DNA of 64,000 nucleotides from an uncultured Verrucomicrobiae bacterium (GTDB taxonomy: Bacteria; Verrucomicrobiota; Verrucomicrobiia; Limisphaerales; Palsa-1400). Positions 63,116 to 64,000 of the stretch are shown here, in pieces; position 1 is the first letter of the stretch, and the number at the start of each line of letters is the position of its first letter. Under the pieces are notes generated by a model. It did no database searches. It was not told where the DNA came from and saw only the letters and a list, made by a program, of their open reading frames with translations. The stretch lies in NCBI GenBank assembly GCA_963707025.1, contig CAVPOM010000018.1:384001-448000 (forward strand), given 5' to 3'. Position numbers and translations under genes: made by a program.

Positions 63116-63679
63116 ATGATGCGTGAGACCATTTCAAAAATCAGTTTGGCAGGAATCTCCAGCCGTCGGGCGATTCTCATTCTTGTCGCGGGCCTGGCCC
63201 TGGCGCTGAGCCCAGCGGCGCGCGCGACCCAAAGCGTGACGCTGGCCTGGAATGCCAGCCCCGCCACCAACGTGACCGGTTACAAGATTTACTACGGGAA
63301 CAACGGCACCAATTACAACAACCAGGTGGACGCAGGCGCCAGCACCAGCTGGAACGTAGCCGGATTGCAGGAAGGGCAGACTAATTACTTTGTGGTGACG
63401 GCCTATGATGTCAATCATAACGAGAGCCCGCCGTCCAACCAGACGCTTTATTACGTCCCGGGCGTGTTGCAACTGTCCGTCGTGAACGGCCCACGGCAGG
63501 CCGTGGCCGTCAACTTCCCGGTGGCGCTCGGCCAGTCTTACTCAGTGCAGGCGTCCACAGACTTGAAAAACTGGGCAACCATCTGGCAAACCAACGCCAC
63601 CACCAATATCTGGGTGCAATTCCAGGACCCTGCCGCCCCGAACCTCCGGATGCGCTTTTACCGGACGGTTGCTAATTGA
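63116..63679 (+). CDS. Secreted fibronectin type III protein with C-terminal TDL/FYR domain
   Basis: VTLAWNAS..GYKIYYG..GL..YFVVTAYD..ES..SN; QASTDLKNW...RFYR. Confidence 0.9.
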   Translation: MMRETISKISLAGISSRRAILILVAGLALALSPAARATQSVTLAWNASPATNVTGYKIYYGNNGTNYNNQVDAGASTSWNVAGLQEGQTNYFVVTAYDVNHNESPPSNQTLYYVPGVLQLSVVNGPRQAVAVNFPVALGQSYSVQASTDLKNWATIWQTNATTNIWVQFQDPAAPNLRMRFYRTVAN

Positions 63680-63691
63680 GGAACGGACCGA

Positions 63692-64000
63692 TCATTGCTG
63701 CAACAGCCCGAGAACGCGCCGGGCTTCGGCGTCGAGCTTTGCGGGAAGCTTCAAATCCACGGCCTGTTTCAGGGCTTTTTTAGCTTCGGCGGACTGCTTG
63801 AGTTCATAGTAGTCCATGCCCATATACCAAAACAACTCGGCGTCATCGCCTTTTTTCCGGACGCTTTGGTCCAGTGATCGGAGCGATTTGGCGTAATCCT
63901 TGCGCCGGTACTCCACCATGCCGATGACTTTGGCCACGTCCTCGTCGCCAGGATAGGCCGAAGCGGCTTTTGCCGCATAACTATAGGCCTTGGAATCATT
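63692..64000 (-). CDS. C-terminus of a TPR protein (PrsT-like), 5' end outside window
   Basis: Helical TPR pattern VIGMVEY..DY..S; WYMGMDYY..AEAKKALKQA; PEP-CTERM context. Confidence 0.75.
   Translation of the reverse strand, partial: NDSKAYSYAAKAASAYPGDEDVAKVIGMVEYRRKDYAKSLRSLDQSVRKKGDDAELFWYMGMDYYELKQSAEAKKALKQAVDLKLPAKLDAEARRVLGLLQQ

Overview
GC-rich bacterial DNA that looks like a subdivision-3 Verrucomicrobiota (Pedosphaera-like) genome. This is inferred from the VPDGG-type PEP-CTERM proteins, the GloVer/TIGR03803-type repeat protein and the Thr/Asn-rich secreted proteins. 1-27 kb holds surface and secreted proteins (BspA-LRR, an IS4-disrupted IgGFc-binding-type protein, a GloVer-repeat protein, a pectate lyase, GH95, a metalloprotease, a PQQ-like propeller), housekeeping genes (lipoate ligase family, mqnD, pgsA, HisJ-type phosphatase, an internally deleted metF), an atypical tRNA (Arg-like body, CCC anticodon) and REP-like palindromes. 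27.6-56.2 kb is a ~29-kb minus-strand glycan locus with Wzm/Wzt, RfbF, RfbC, a C-methyltransferase, a class-III aminotransferase, DUF4910, PIG-L, GT2/GT4 and two GT-C-like membrane proteins. It unexpectedly embeds a GMC oxidoreductase, its small subunit, EtfBA and a FadF-like Fe-S protein, plus a secreted DUF4038 protein. 57-64 kb is the PEP-CTERM regulatory block (prsR, prsK, a VPDGG protein, a Wza-like exporter, a TPR protein). The strongest leads are: a shared C-terminal 'TNL..W...FYR' domain on four unrelated secreted proteins, the redox module inside the glycan operon, the odd tRNA, and a conserved sigma54 + TGT-N11-ACA regulatory architecture. About nine single-base frameshifts, several at GTAC/TCGA, suggest motif-linked sequencing errors, so most split genes may be intact in vivo. 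All family assignments come from motif recognition, not database searches.
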